Source: Escherichia virus TH47. From it: a stretch of DNA of 64,000 bases. Position 1 is the first letter of the stretch, and each line of letters opens with the position of its first letter. A program made the translations under genes and the position numbers. Under the pieces are notes generated by a model that saw nothing but the letters and a program-made list of their open reading frames with translations, ran no database searches and was not told the origin of the DNA. Positions 1-7,883 of this stretch are shown here, piece after piece. The DNA lies in the sequence record MT446416.1; one strand, 5' to 3'.

Positions 1-302
1 CACCGTATGCACTTTCTAACTTCTCGCCAGTGTGATCATCAGTTAGTGAGTCATCCTCATAGTTCACGTCTACGCCCGTGATGTAAAACTGGCTATCGTC
101 TGGATCATTGAAATTAATTTTCTGAATGTTTACAATAACTGTATTGATTCCCAGGACACCGCCATCAGCCGTTACAAAGTACTGATAGTTTTCACAACCG
201 CCTGAATTGAAACCGTAATTAATTTCGGCCCGACCATCATTTAAACGCAGTGCCTGGGCGATGATTTCGTTTTCAAAGTTAGATTGAGCGATTGAGATCA
301 TT
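1..302 (-). CDS. hypothetical protein, C-terminus outside window
   Basis: ATG at 302 (minus) preceded by AGGAA; frame open to window edge. Confidence 0.5.
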
Positions 303-365
303 TTGTAGTTCCTTGTTTGCTTAAGATGGGACTATTATATAATAGCCCCGTTGTGTTGTCTAGTA

Positions 366-833
366 CTATTTCACGTTAATTTCAAAGTACTGCTCTTTGA
401 TGTTTTCCTGTTGGTAAATCTCGTTTAATGCTTTAAGATCTAACACCTGTTTACCTGCGGCCCGAATATACTTGTTAAGAGTCGCTAACAGCTTCTCAGG
501 CGTGTTTGTAGTCTTACGTGTTGGGATCTTATCGTGTCCCATAGCGTAGTACTGTTTACGTGGAATAGTACTGATAACGCTGCGGTACGGTTCCATGATC
601 AGCTTGTCTGTGTATTCGTCGCTATCCCCGAACTTCATACCGTGGATCGCAAAGGTCATCATCATGCGGTCGTTATCGCGGATATTGTGGGGGCAATCGG
701 CAAGCTCGCGAGTCAGTGACATAGTGATCCCCACGTCGCCACCCAGCGGTAAAGGTCGGGCGATAAAGAAACCGTTAGGGAATACTTTCAGGAAGTTTTC
801 TTGTACTGCTGCGACGAATTCGATGCTATTCAT
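366..833 (-). CDS. hypothetical early protein (155 aa)
   Basis: ORF with AAGGA RBS 8 nt upstream; promoter/stem-loop module directly upstream. Confidence 0.65.
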   Translation of the reverse strand: MNSIEFVAAVQENFLKVFPNGFFIARPLPLGGDVGITMSLTRELADCPHNIRDNDRMMMTFAIHGMKFGDSDEYTDKLIMEPYRSVISTIPRKQYYAMGHDKIPTRKTTNTPEKLLATLNKYIRAAGKQVLDLKALNEIYQQENIKEQYFEINVK

Positions 834-854
834 AATTCATTTCCTTAATTAGTG

Positions 855-913
855 GGGGAAGTTGTTTCCCCTCTCGATGAAAAACATTATACGCCAATTG
901 AGATAGTTTGCAA
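855..913 (-). promoter_or_regulatory. early promoter + 5'-UTR stem-loop module
   Basis: minus strand TTGCAA-N16-TATAAT, then hairpin GGGGAAnnnnnTTCCCC before RBS. Confidence 0.6.
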
Positions 914-1002
914 GTACTTTTTAAAAATAGTTTTCAGTACTCAATACTTATATAATAGATACACTTATGCACCCGGTGGGCTAGTGAGCTATCTCTCAAT
1001 GA

Positions 1003-1037
1003 ATATATAATAGCAAAATGGCTGACCGAAGTCAACC
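1003..1037 (-). promoter_or_regulatory. terminator-promoter cassette (copy a)
   Basis: minus-strand hairpin GGTTGAC-TTCG-GTCAGCC then T-rich tract; TTGACT inside stem serves as -35 for downstream TATTAT. Confidence 0.55.
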
Positions 1038-1048
1038 ACTTTTTTCAT

Positions 1049-1189
1049 TTATTTTTTAGCTTTTAGAATCGCCGCCTTTCGCGTCATGCCTTGCTTAATG
1101 TACTCCTTTACTTTCGCTTTACGTGCTTTCGCTTTATTTGCTTTCGTAAATGCCGAACAACTTTTATAGTTTAAACCTGTTGGATTCAT
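1049..1189 (-). CDS. small basic protein (46 aa)
   Basis: ATG directly after stop of upstream peptide gene (TAAATG); below ORF-track cutoff; followed by cassette terminator. Confidence 0.45.
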   Translation of the reverse strand: MNPTGLNYKSCSAFTKANKAKARKAKVKEYIKQGMTRKAAILKAKK

Positions 1190-1279
1190 TTAAATCACCA
1201 TAAAGAATAGATAGGTTACTAACAACGCCGCGATCAATGCACCGATCACCGCCGAACTGTAATAAGCAAATGATTTCAT
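1190..1279 (-). CDS. hydrophobic peptide (29 aa)
   Basis: ATGA start/stop overlap with upstream gene; single predicted transmembrane helix. Confidence 0.4.
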   Translation of the reverse strand: MKSFAYYSSAVIGALIAALLVTYLFFMVI

Positions 1280-1428
1280 TTTTTAGCCTGGAAGTAATGT
1301 TTAATTTGTGCGGCGGTCAGTGCACAATTTCGCAGGAAGTTTTCTGTATAACTGCGGCGAGTACTGAAAGAAAATTGACCTTTGCCGTTGCCGATAGTAA
1401 CATCAAACCGAGCGTTGTATTGTTTCAT
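1276..1428 (-). CDS. small protein (50 aa)
   Basis: ATG with GGAGA RBS; first gene behind module at 1448-1508. Confidence 0.45.
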   Translation of the reverse strand: MKQYNARFDVTIGNGKGQFSFSTRRSYTENFLRNCALTAAQIKHYFQAKK

Positions 1429-1447
1429 TTTGATTCTCCTTGTATCA

Positions 1448-1508
1448 GGGAGGAACCATTTCCCCCCCCTCTATGTAAAACATTATACAGTACTGAAAAC
1501 TAATTGCA
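1448..1508 (-). promoter_or_regulatory. early promoter + 5'-UTR stem-loop module
   Basis: TTGCAA-N16-TATAAT and GGGAGGAACCATTTCCCCCC hairpin. Confidence 0.6.
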
Positions 1509-1709
1509 AGTATTATTTTCTAAAAAATGATTGTATGCTGAATCAACCACTCTTTCGATAACATACGCCAACGGCCCGTATCCAACTACATGACTACAAT
1601 AGAAAGGACTACGATTAGAATCATCGTATGCAAATACTTTTTCAGGATCTGCATCAATCACATACATATTAACCTCTAAGATGTCGATCTTATCCTGTAC
1701 AGTAAGCAT
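1500..1709 (-). CDS. hypothetical protein (69 aa)
   Basis: internal ATG with AGGT RBS directly after stop of 1711..1962; the longer ORF-track version overlaps the neighbour. Confidence 0.45.
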   Translation of the reverse strand: MLTVQDKIDILEVNMYVIDADPEKVFAYDDSNRSPFYCSHVVGYGPLAYVIERVVDSAYNHFLENNTCN

Positions 1710-1710
1710 A

Positions 1711-1962
1711 TTAATTACCTTTTTCAATGTTTGATAATTCTTCCCAAAAACTTCCCGGATCAATATTATCATAATCCCCTGTAACGTCCTGTAACGCATT
1801 CTCAGGCTGTTTAACGGCTGGGGTAGCCATAGCCATTGCCTGGACTTGTTCGACGCTATAACGCTCATATAGGCGGCATTCTTCCGGTGTTAACATAGCA
1901 TCAATGCGTTTCATTGGTTTAATGATGCTTTCAACTTCATTCAGTACTTGATTAACGTTCAT
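1711..1962 (-). CDS. hypothetical acidic protein (83 aa)
   Basis: ATG with GAGGA RBS. Confidence 0.6.
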   Translation of the reverse strand: MNVNQVLNEVESIIKPMKRIDAMLTPEECRLYERYSVEQVQAMAMATPAVKQPENALQDVTGDYDNIDPGSFWEELSNIEKGN

Positions 1963-2013
1963 GGTATAATCCTCAATATAAGCGGCCTAAATCGACCGCT
2001 AACGATGTTTTGA

Positions 2014-2283
2014 TTAATAGGTGTATGGTTGACGCTCAAACAATGATTGCACGTTGTACGCCCCGCTAATGGGCTTCGCTGGTATGTCGATCTTATATTT
2101 CTCACGCTTAAAGATAATAAAACGGCAATTGTTCTTAACATCAAAATTGATTGAACGTTCCAGGAGTTTTCCATCGTGCACAAATACAAGATAACCGCTC
2201 GCTACTTGTTTTGTAGTACTGGTTGCAACCATTGACCGCCTAACATGCGTACCTGCATCGATTAAAGTACTGATATTTTTCAT
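2014..2283 (-). CDS. hypothetical protein (89 aa)
   Basis: ATG with AGAGGA RBS; promoter-like region and hairpin upstream (2290-2350). Confidence 0.6.
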   Translation of the reverse strand: MKNISTLIDAGTHVRRSMVATSTTKQVASGYLVFVHDGKLLERSINFDVKNNCRFIIFKREKYKIDIPAKPISGAYNVQSLFERQPYTY

Positions 2284-2363
2284 TTTACTATCCTCTTAAT
2301 TTGATTTAATTTCTTTCCCCTATGCAGACACTATATCAAAGTATCTGCATAAAGTAAAGCTAA

Positions 2364-2708
2364 TTAAAGATCTTTTTTGCGTTTAACATCAGTTACCGAA
2401 CTGTAAACAGTGATATTATTGTCACGGCAAAAACGGGAAAGATAAGAACCGCGTAAAAACTCTTTACCTTCCATATTAATAACCTTGCTAAATTCTTCCA
2501 TTGCTACAGTGTCAAAGTGATCCCCATAGCCATATTGGAACGGCACGTTTACTACTTCAATAAATTCGCCATTGATTTCAACATCTACCGTTAAAGAGAA
2601 ATAAGTATTACCATAAGACGCCTGGAACCAACGCCGGGCTGCAATATGTACAACTTCAACAGAAGACAGGTTGATGTTTTGTGCTGTGATAGTGTTGATG
2701 ATAGCCAT
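2364..2708 (-). CDS. hypothetical protein (114 aa)
   Basis: ATG with AAGAGGAA RBS; module upstream. Confidence 0.65.
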   Translation of the reverse strand: MAIINTITAQNINLSSVEVVHIAARRWFQASYGNTYFSLTVDVEINGEFIEVVNVPFQYGYGDHFDTVAMEEFSKVINMEGKEFLRGSYLSRFCRDNNITVYSSVTDVKRKKDL

Positions 2709-2726
2709 TTTTTGTTTCCTCTTAGT

Positions 2727-2782
2727 GGGGGAACCATTCCCCTTGATGTAATGTATTATACTTTATCTGATTTACTTTGCAA
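2727..2782 (-). promoter_or_regulatory. early promoter + stem-loop module
   Basis: TTGCAA-N16-TATAAT; hairpin GGGGGAACCATTCCCC. Confidence 0.6.
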
Positions 2783-2790
2783 GTACTTTT

Positions 2791-3018
2791 TTAATTTAAT
2801 TCATCCAGGCAAAGGATACGTTCTACACCTAAATCAGTTAAACTAATAGACGGCACTTGATAGGTTTCAATGTATGCTACACTTGCCCACTGACCGAACT
2901 CATTAACGGCCCAGGTATCCATTGCAAAATGCAATTCCGCACCTGCCTTGTTGGTAATGACTGCAACTACTTGTTCGTTGCCAGTAGTACCAGATACGCG
3001 AGTAATGATAATAGCCAT
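2791..3018 (-). CDS. hypothetical protein (75 aa)
   Basis: ATG at 3018 downstream of module; ORF-track N-terminal extension would run through the promoter module. Confidence 0.55.
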   Translation of the reverse strand: MAIIITRVSGTTGNEQVVAVITNKAGAELHFAMDTWAVNEFGQWASVAYIETYQVPSISLTDLGVERILCLDELN

Positions 3019-3038
3019 TGTTTTGATTCCTTTTATTT

Positions 3039-3103
3039 GGAGGGGAAACTGTTTCCCCCCCTCTCGATGTAAAACATTATACGCTAATCTCTTTATAGTG
3101 CAA
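3039..3103 (-). promoter_or_regulatory. early promoter + stem-loop module
   Basis: TTGCAC-N16-TATAAT; hairpin GGAGGGGAAACTGTTTCCCCCC. Confidence 0.6.
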
Positions 3104-3253
3104 GTACTTTTTATTACTTTTTGCAAAATACTTTAAACGCTCTCAATCGCTCTATAACAACATTAACGCCACCAGCTAGGGAAATGCATCAGATATTCAG
3201 TTTAATGCGTTAGAATCGTTTCTAGGCGGTGCTGGTGGCCTGGTAAACGGTAA

Positions 3254-3282
3254 ACACAAAAAATCCCACTGTTTAAGGTGGG
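3254..3282 (-). terminator. rho-independent terminator
   Basis: minus-strand hairpin CCCACCTTAAACAGTGGG followed by T-run, just after stop of 3306..3788. Confidence 0.6.
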
Positions 3283-3305
3283 CTAGTGATTCAGTACTTT
3301 AATTG

Positions 3306-3788
3306 TTATGCTTCAACTTTGCGATGAGCTTCGATCCATTCCTCGCGAGTCAATCCGCTTTCTTTGATAGCATCCAGTACTACCGAAATGCAGTTACCAC
3401 GCACCGGAATCAGATATTCTTCCCCGTTATCAAGTACTACCGCTACACGTTCTTGAATCCATTTTTTAGGCTTAGACTCCGGCTTATCTTCCCCATACTT
3501 AACCGCCAGGGCTTTTTGTGCCATCTCGGTAACTACTTCCATATCCAGCCCATCTACTACCGCCTGGATACTTTCAATTGTTGCTTGTAGTTCTGCTTCA
3601 CGGGCCGCCTTCGCTGCTTCAATCTCTGCCGCTTTATTTGCTTGTAGTTCTTTCGCAGTACTGTAAGCGATGTTAAAATTATTGCGAACCGCTTTCATGG
3701 TATCGTTATCCAGTTCAGCCAGGATCTCTGCCGCTACGTTAGTTTCATTTGCTACCAGTGCTTTGATGAATGATTTGATGTTAGCCAT
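3306..3788 (-). CDS. hypothetical coiled-coil protein (160 aa)
   Basis: ATG at 3788 with GAGGA RBS 8 nt upstream (ORF-track start is a TTG further up); Ala/Glu/Lys-rich heptad-like N-terminal half. Confidence 0.6.
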   Translation of the reverse strand: MANIKSFIKALVANETNVAAEILAELDNDTMKAVRNNFNIAYSTAKELQANKAAEIEAAKAAREAELQATIESIQAVVDGLDMEVVTEMAQKALAVKYGEDKPESKPKKWIQERVAVVLDNGEEYLIPVRGNCISVVLDAIKESGLTREEWIEAHRKVEA

Positions 3789-3889
3789 TAGATAAATCCT
3801 CAATTAAAGTTTAGTTTACGTTCATTAGTGTATCAAAGTTTAATCGACGTGTCCAGTTTTTCGTTCGACTTACTGGCGGTCTACTTAGT

Positions 3890-3939
3890 GTTCCCCGTCT
3901 TGATGTAATACATTCTACGCCTTTTTGCGGTAATGTCAA
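3890..3939 (-). promoter_or_regulatory. early promoter (degenerate module)
   Basis: TTGACA-N17-TAGAAT on minus strand; -35 abuts the stop codon of the HNH gene. Confidence 0.5.
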
Positions 3940-4500
3940 CTATCTTTTTGAATATTTTTTAATGTATCTCATAATCGCTGGCGGTGTAGTATTATACCTT
4001 TCAGCTAGTATAATTGAGTTAGCATCATGTGAATATGGTTTATACAGTTGTATAACTTCGTTAATCTCTTTTTCAGTTAGTTTTGTCCTAACATGCCTTA
4101 TACCTTCACTCTCATACTTCACTATTTTTTTAATAGGCGTTGCGTCGTCATGTATTCCGGTATCGTGTGCGTGTATTATGTTTTCCTTTCCGGTTGACCA
4201 TTCCAAATTACTGTAATGATTATTACTTTTATTTCTATCCTTATGATTAACCTGGACTTTCTTTCTTTTTGTTTTTTGTGCCCATTCTATTTGTGCAGGT
4301 GTCGGAGGGGGTAGATAGTTGGATGCAACCAATCTTTGAACATACTCAAAATGTTTTGATTTGTCTTCTCTTACAAGCGTTAATCTATGATACCCATCAG
4401 GGCGAATTGTTGGAGAAAGAATATTACTACCATAACGCCTAACATCCCCATACTCACTAATTTCATAAAGGGGATTCTCTTTTAATTGTTTCCATTCCAT
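3940..4500 (-). CDS. HNH homing endonuclease (I-HmuI/I-TevIII-like)
   Basis: N-terminal MEWKxLK..YEISEYG..DGYHRLTL and HNH core VNHKDRNKSNNHYSNLEWSTGKEN resemble the I-HmuI family (from memory). Confidence 0.8.
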   Translation of the reverse strand: MEWKQLKENPLYEISEYGDVRRYGSNILSPTIRPDGYHRLTLVREDKSKHFEYVQRLVASNYLPPPTPAQIEWAQKTKRKKVQVNHKDRNKSNNHYSNLEWSTGKENIIHAHDTGIHDDATPIKKIVKYESEGIRHVRTKLTEKEINEVIQLYKPYSHDANSIILAERYNTTPPAIMRYIKKYSKR

Positions 4501-4529
4501 TGATTTGATCCTTTTAGTTTCTCCTTTGT

Positions 4530-4574
4530 ATTATATCACACAAAAACAAAAAAAGCCCACTGTTTAAGGTGGGC
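4530..4574 (-). promoter_or_regulatory. terminator followed by extended -10 promoter
   Basis: hairpin GCCCACCTTAAACAGTGGGC + T-run, then TGTGATATAAT and RBS of the HNH gene. Confidence 0.55.
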
Positions 4575-4581
4575 TAGTGAT

Positions 4582-4881
4582 TTATAAACAGTTAATTACT
4601 CCTGTGTGCGTTACTTTCTCAGTATCCATTACAGTGACCGAACCGCGTTTAGTACTGGCATCATAATAAATTGTTGTGCTACCTTTCGCATCTTCTTCAT
4701 GGAACGGGCCGTTTTTAAATGCTTCTGGCTGGATCTCTAGATCCTTTAAAACAATATCGCCAGTTCTTTCTTCGGTCATTGCAACAGTGCACTGAATGAA
4801 TTTTTCACTACTTACATCTAACGACGCATTAACAGCGAAAGAGGAAACAGATAAAGCCAGGGAGATGATTGCTACTTTCAT
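4582..4881 (-). CDS. secreted small protein (99 aa)
   Basis: ATG at 4881 with AAGGA RBS; N-terminal signal-peptide-like MKVAIISLALSVSSFAVNA. Confidence 0.6.
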   Translation of the reverse strand: MKVAIISLALSVSSFAVNASLDVSSEKFIQCTVAMTEERTGDIVLKDLEIQPEAFKNGPFHEEDAKGSTTIYYDASTKRGSVTVMDTEKVTHTGVINCL

Positions 4882-4901
4882 TTGATTATCCTTAGTTACC
4901 A

Positions 4902-4955
4902 GGGGAACCGTTCCCCCTATGTAAAACATTATACGCGTTTAAAAACTATTATCAA
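4902..4955 (-). promoter_or_regulatory. early promoter + stem-loop module
   Basis: TTGATA-N16-TATAAT; hairpin GGGGAACCGTTCCCC. Confidence 0.6.
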
Positions 4956-4989
4956 GTACTTTAATATAAAAGTATTTGAAAAATAATTG

Positions 4990-5018
4990 TTGACAACTGC
5001 ATCCAGTACTGGCATAAT
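4990..5018 (+). promoter_or_regulatory. plus-strand sigma70-like promoter (CCAGTACTGG class)
   Basis: TTGACA-N17-CATAAT with CCAGTACTGG in spacer; back-to-back with minus module. Confidence 0.5.
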
Positions 5019-5024
5019 ACCTAC

Positions 5025-5118
5025 ATAAAGACAAAACAGTCTCCAACCCACCGGGTGCATAGATCCGTCTATTAAATGATTCAGTACTGCAAAATAAAGG
5101 GGATCAATTGATCCCCTC
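5025..5118 (+). ncRNA. candidate small RNA
   Basis: runs from promoter 4990-5018 through CCCACCGGGTGCA box (5047-5059) to perfect palindromic hairpin GGGGATCAATTGATCCCC (5099-5116); no ORF. Confidence 0.3.
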
Positions 5119-5122
5119 TGTA

Positions 5123-5344
5123 TTACTTAGTAAGGTATAAACAGAAGTCACCTTTATTTGCTACGCCGCCAGTGTAACGCGATGAATAGTTAGAAATATC
5201 TTGTACTTCTGCTATTACCAGTGTATCATCATTCATTTCGTCGCAGAAGCAAACGGCTGGATCTTTTACGCCGATATTGTCGGCATGTTCCCGCATAGAT
5301 TTAACCAGTGCTTCCAGTTGAGAAAGAGTAGTGATATTAGCCAT
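5123..5344 (-). CDS. hypothetical protein (73 aa)
   Basis: ATG at 5344 with GAGGA RBS; terminated by hairpin 5099-5116 + T-run. Confidence 0.55.
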   Translation of the reverse strand: MANITTLSQLEALVKSMREHADNIGVKDPAVCFCDEMNDDTLVIAEVQDISNYSSRYTGGVANKGDFCLYLTK

Positions 5345-5363
5345 TGTATTTTCCTCATTACCA

Positions 5364-5422
5364 GGGAGAACCATTTCTCCCCTCTATGTAAACTATTATA
5401 CAGTACTGGAAACTAATTGCAA
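5364..5422 (-). promoter_or_regulatory. early promoter + stem-loop module
   Basis: TTGCAA-N16-TATAAT; hairpin GGGAGAACCATTTCTCCC. Confidence 0.6.
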
Positions 5423-5534
5423 GTACTTAATGGTAAGATCCGCAACGGTTGCAGTAGTTTTATTTGTTCGATCATGATGCTTACTCCTGGTTAAAGGCGG
5501 GAACCATTCCCCGCCATTGTCACAGTACTGAATA

Positions 5535-5774
5535 TTACATTCCAACCATTGCAGCACGGATCGCAGTAGTGCTATACTTGAATCCGTCCGGCGTTGTAGT
5601 AGTACCGTTGGCTTTTAATCTGCGGTACATACATTCCGCTGCAATATCTTTCGTTTTACTTTGAGCGATGCAATTTTGAGCAATCCGGTACAATGATTCA
5701 TCGTTATTGATCCAAAGGCTTACATTCCAATGAGTTTTGTTTTTGTGTCCGTTGTAAGTTTTAGTACTAGCCAT
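5535..5774 (-). CDS. hypothetical protein (79 aa), paralog of 7563..7790
   Basis: shared motif T(K)T(F/Y)NGHKNxxHWNVSLWINNDESLY and C-terminal AAMVGM; GAGGA RBS. Confidence 0.7.
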   Translation of the reverse strand: MASTKTYNGHKNKTHWNVSLWINNDESLYRIAQNCIAQSKTKDIAAECMYRRLKANGTTTTPDGFKYSTTAIRAAMVGM

Positions 5775-5795
5775 TTTTTAATCCTCTTATATAGT

Positions 5796-5852
5796 GGGGA
5801 ACTATTCCCCACCTGATGTAAAGTATTATACGCTTTTAAACTTAGTTTGCAA
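5796..5852 (-). promoter_or_regulatory. early promoter + stem-loop module
   Basis: TTGCAA-N16-TATAAT; hairpin GGGGAACTATTCCCC; near-identical to module 7153-7209. Confidence 0.6.
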
Positions 5853-5863
5853 GTACTTTTTAA

Positions 5864-6475
5864 TTAATATGCGATTGATTCTACTACGCCATCAATAACA
5901 TTGAATTGATATTCGTTACCCTCAATCAGTGCCGTAATGTTTTCAGTAGTGAATTGATCCTTATATGCATTCTCTAAATCACGGTAAAACTTGCGTGACA
6001 ATTCACGAATAGTATCAGTTAGTAGTTTCTCAAGCTCATTAACTAACGTTTCTTGTTTTGAGGTTAAATCAGTGTAAGCCGATTCAATGTACCCGCTTAC
6101 AGTGTTCTCATGCGAGTAATGGGAGTGAGATCGCTTTACACTCATCGCCAAATCATCTTCATTCAGCAGGTGACGGATTGAGCGATACTTAGTTAATGCT
6201 CTTACCTTGCGTAAAAACTTCACTGCGTCAACGTGGTCAGTACTGATTGATGCACCGTCACCCTGGGACCAAAAACCACTGAATTGTATTTCAGCGTCAT
6301 TAATGCCATATTCTGGTAGTACTGTTTCTTTATAGTATTCAATTTCACTTTCAGAAAAATAATCGTCGTTTGTGTTTTTTTCACGTTCCCGAACCAGTTC
6401 GATAGCTGACGTTTTTTGTTCTGCGTTCAATTCAGAAAAATCCATAACATAAGTAGTAGTAGTGATAGTTTTCAT
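5864..6475 (-). CDS. hypothetical acidic protein (203 aa)
   Basis: ATG with GAGGG RBS; Asp/Glu-rich; two tandem promoters upstream. Confidence 0.65.
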   Translation of the reverse strand: MKTITTTTYVMDFSELNAEQKTSAIELVREREKNTNDDYFSESEIEYYKETVLPEYGINDAEIQFSGFWSQGDGASISTDHVDAVKFLRKVRALTKYRSIRHLLNEDDLAMSVKRSHSHYSHENTVSGYIESAYTDLTSKQETLVNELEKLLTDTIRELSRKFYRDLENAYKDQFTTENITALIEGNEYQFNVIDGVVESIAY

Positions 6476-6507
6476 TTTGTAACCCTCATTCAGTAGTTGA
6501 TGTAAGT

Positions 6508-6535
6508 ATTATACGCTTTTAAAAACAATTGTCAA
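6508..6535 (-). promoter_or_regulatory. sigma70-like promoter
   Basis: TTGACA-N16-TATAAT directly upstream of 5864..6475. Confidence 0.55.
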
Positions 6536-6586
6536 ACTATTTTATCAGGGGAGTTTTTCGTATGCCTTACTCCTGGGCTACTCAAC

Positions 6587-6653
6587 GGGGAGTTACTTAT
6601 TTCGTTCCCCGTCCTGATGTAATACATTATACGCCGTTAAACATAGTATGCAA
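6587..6653 (-). promoter_or_regulatory. early promoter + stem-loop module (second, tandem)
   Basis: TTGCAT-N16-TATAAT; hairpin GGGGAGTTACTTATTTCGTTCCCC; no ORF between it and the next promoter. Confidence 0.5.
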
Positions 6654-6696
6654 GTACTTTTTAAAATAGTTTTCAGTACTGAATAGTAAAAAGGTA

Positions 6697-6725
6697 TTGA
6701 CAGCACTATCCAGTACTGGCATAAT
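6697..6725 (+). promoter_or_regulatory. plus-strand promoter (CCAGTACTGG class)
   Basis: TTGACA-N17-CATAAT; followed by CCCACCGGGTGCA at 6747-6759. Confidence 0.5.
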
Positions 6726-6840
6726 ATACCCCATGACAACAGCTAACCCACCGGGTGCACAATTGTAACTGTACTAAACTACTTTTTCTATAGATACACT
6801 CCCGCACCCCGTGGGCCAAATTGTTCGTTTCAATAGATAC

Positions 6841-6869
6841 ATTATGCCAGTACTGACAAAATAAGTCAA
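6841..6869 (-). promoter_or_regulatory. minus-strand promoter (CCAGTACTGG class), convergent with 6697-6725
   Basis: TTGACT-N17-CATAAT on minus strand; followed by inverted CCCACGGGGTGCGG box (6804-6817). Confidence 0.5.
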
Positions 6870-6899
6870 TACTGGCAATTGTAAAGATTTGTAAACTAC

Positions 6900-7130
6900 T
6901 TATACTGCAATCGCGTCCAGGCTATAATAATAATAAGTGCCGTATTGGTGTACTTTATTACCTTTTATTTCAGTACTGAATGAATCCGAACGATTAGCAT
7001 ATGATGTTAATTTAAAGTACTTTGCTTTACTAATACGTTGCCATACACCGCAGATCCGCTGTAAGTAAGTAGTTTTATTAGTGGTAGTATCTTTTACGGT
7101 TTTAACTTCGGTCATATACATATTAGCCAT
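6900..7130 (-). CDS. hypothetical protein (76 aa)
   Basis: ATG at 7130 with AAGAGGA RBS; module upstream. Confidence 0.6.
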   Translation of the reverse strand: MANMYMTEVKTVKDTTTNKTTYLQRICGVWQRISKAKYFKLTSYANRSDSFSTEIKGNKVHQYGTYYYYSLDAIAV

Positions 7131-7152
7131 TTTTTTAATCCTCTTATGTAGT

Positions 7153-7209
7153 GGGGAAGTATTCCCCATCTGATATAAAGTATTATACGCTTTTAAACTT
7201 AGTATGCAA
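7153..7209 (-). promoter_or_regulatory. early promoter + stem-loop module
   Basis: TTGCAT-N16-TATAAT; hairpin GGGGAAGTATTCCCC. Confidence 0.6.
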
Positions 7210-7217
7210 GTACTTTT

Positions 7218-7481
7218 TTATAGTACTGCAATCTTTTTAGTACGGTACACGGTAACGCGATTGCCCTTGCGGTCGTGCTTTATTTCTACTACTCGCCGCG
7301 ATACACTATCAGGACTTTTTAACGCCGCCAACCAGTACTGTAAAGATCTGGCTTTACTTTGCTTTACTACCGCCCAACGTTTACCACGTTCCGATTGTCC
7401 GCCCATATCTTTAAACGTCGCCCCGTCCAGACGTGCGGCGATCCGTGCTTGTTCACGCGTCACAAAGTACATAATATTCAT
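7218..7481 (-). CDS. hypothetical basic protein (87 aa)
   Basis: ATG start; promoter-like TTGCAC...TATAAT upstream. Confidence 0.55.
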   Translation of the reverse strand: MNIMYFVTREQARIAARLDGATFKDMGGQSERGKRWAVVKQSKARSLQYWLAALKSPDSVSRRVVEIKHDRKGNRVTVYRTKKIAVL

Positions 7482-7562
7482 GCTGTTACCCCATCGTTGA
7501 CGTATAAAAGAAATCTATTATAAAGTACTATCACCGTGCAATAGTACTTTAAATATATTCTA

Positions 7563-7790
7563 TTACATTCCAACCATCGCCGCACGCACGCTTGATTTGC
7601 TATAACGTGCCCCATCAGGCGTGTGAGTACCTAAAAGGCGTAACATCCGCTCAACCGCTTTATCTCGCGTGTTGGTGCTTTTAATACTTTCCAGGGCCAA
7701 TTGGTACAGTGATTCATCGTTATTGATCCAAAGGCTTACATTCCAATGGTTGTAGTTTTTATGGCCGTTGAAAGTTTTAGTAGTAGTCAT
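7563..7790 (-). CDS. hypothetical protein (75 aa), paralog of 5535..5774
   Basis: paralog motifs as above; AAGAGGAA RBS. Confidence 0.7.
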   Translation of the reverse strand: MTTTKTFNGHKNYNHWNVSLWINNDESLYQLALESIKSTNTRDKAVERMLRLLGTHTPDGARYSKSSVRAAMVGM

Positions 7791-7810
7791 TTTTAATTCC
7801 TCTTAAGTGC

Positions 7811-7870
7811 AGCGGGAACCATTCCCGCTCTCGATGTAATACATTATACGCTATTTGATAGTACTGTCAA
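7811..7870 (-). promoter_or_regulatory. early promoter + stem-loop module
   Basis: TTGACA-N16-TATAAT; hairpin AGCGGGAACCATTCCCGCT; about 50 nt identical to module 8270-8330. Confidence 0.6.
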
Positions 7871-7883
7871 ACTAATTTTTAAC

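Noticed and set aside
534-852. Plus-strand ORFs 534..719 and 595..852 (likewise 1237..1503, 7204..7500, 8662..9027 and the 36566-37576 group)
   Set aside because: They lie antisense inside or across better-supported minus-strand genes or promoter modules and lack RBS; typical shadow ORFs.
1500-1868. 122-aa version of the ORF ending at 1500
   Set aside because: It overlaps 1711..1962 in another frame; an internal ATG at 1709 with RBS directly after the neighbour's stop is more plausible.
5864-6475. ArdA-like antirestriction assignment for the 203-aa acidic protein
   Set aside because: It is acidic and in an early region, but I could not match a motif with confidence from memory; left as hypothetical.
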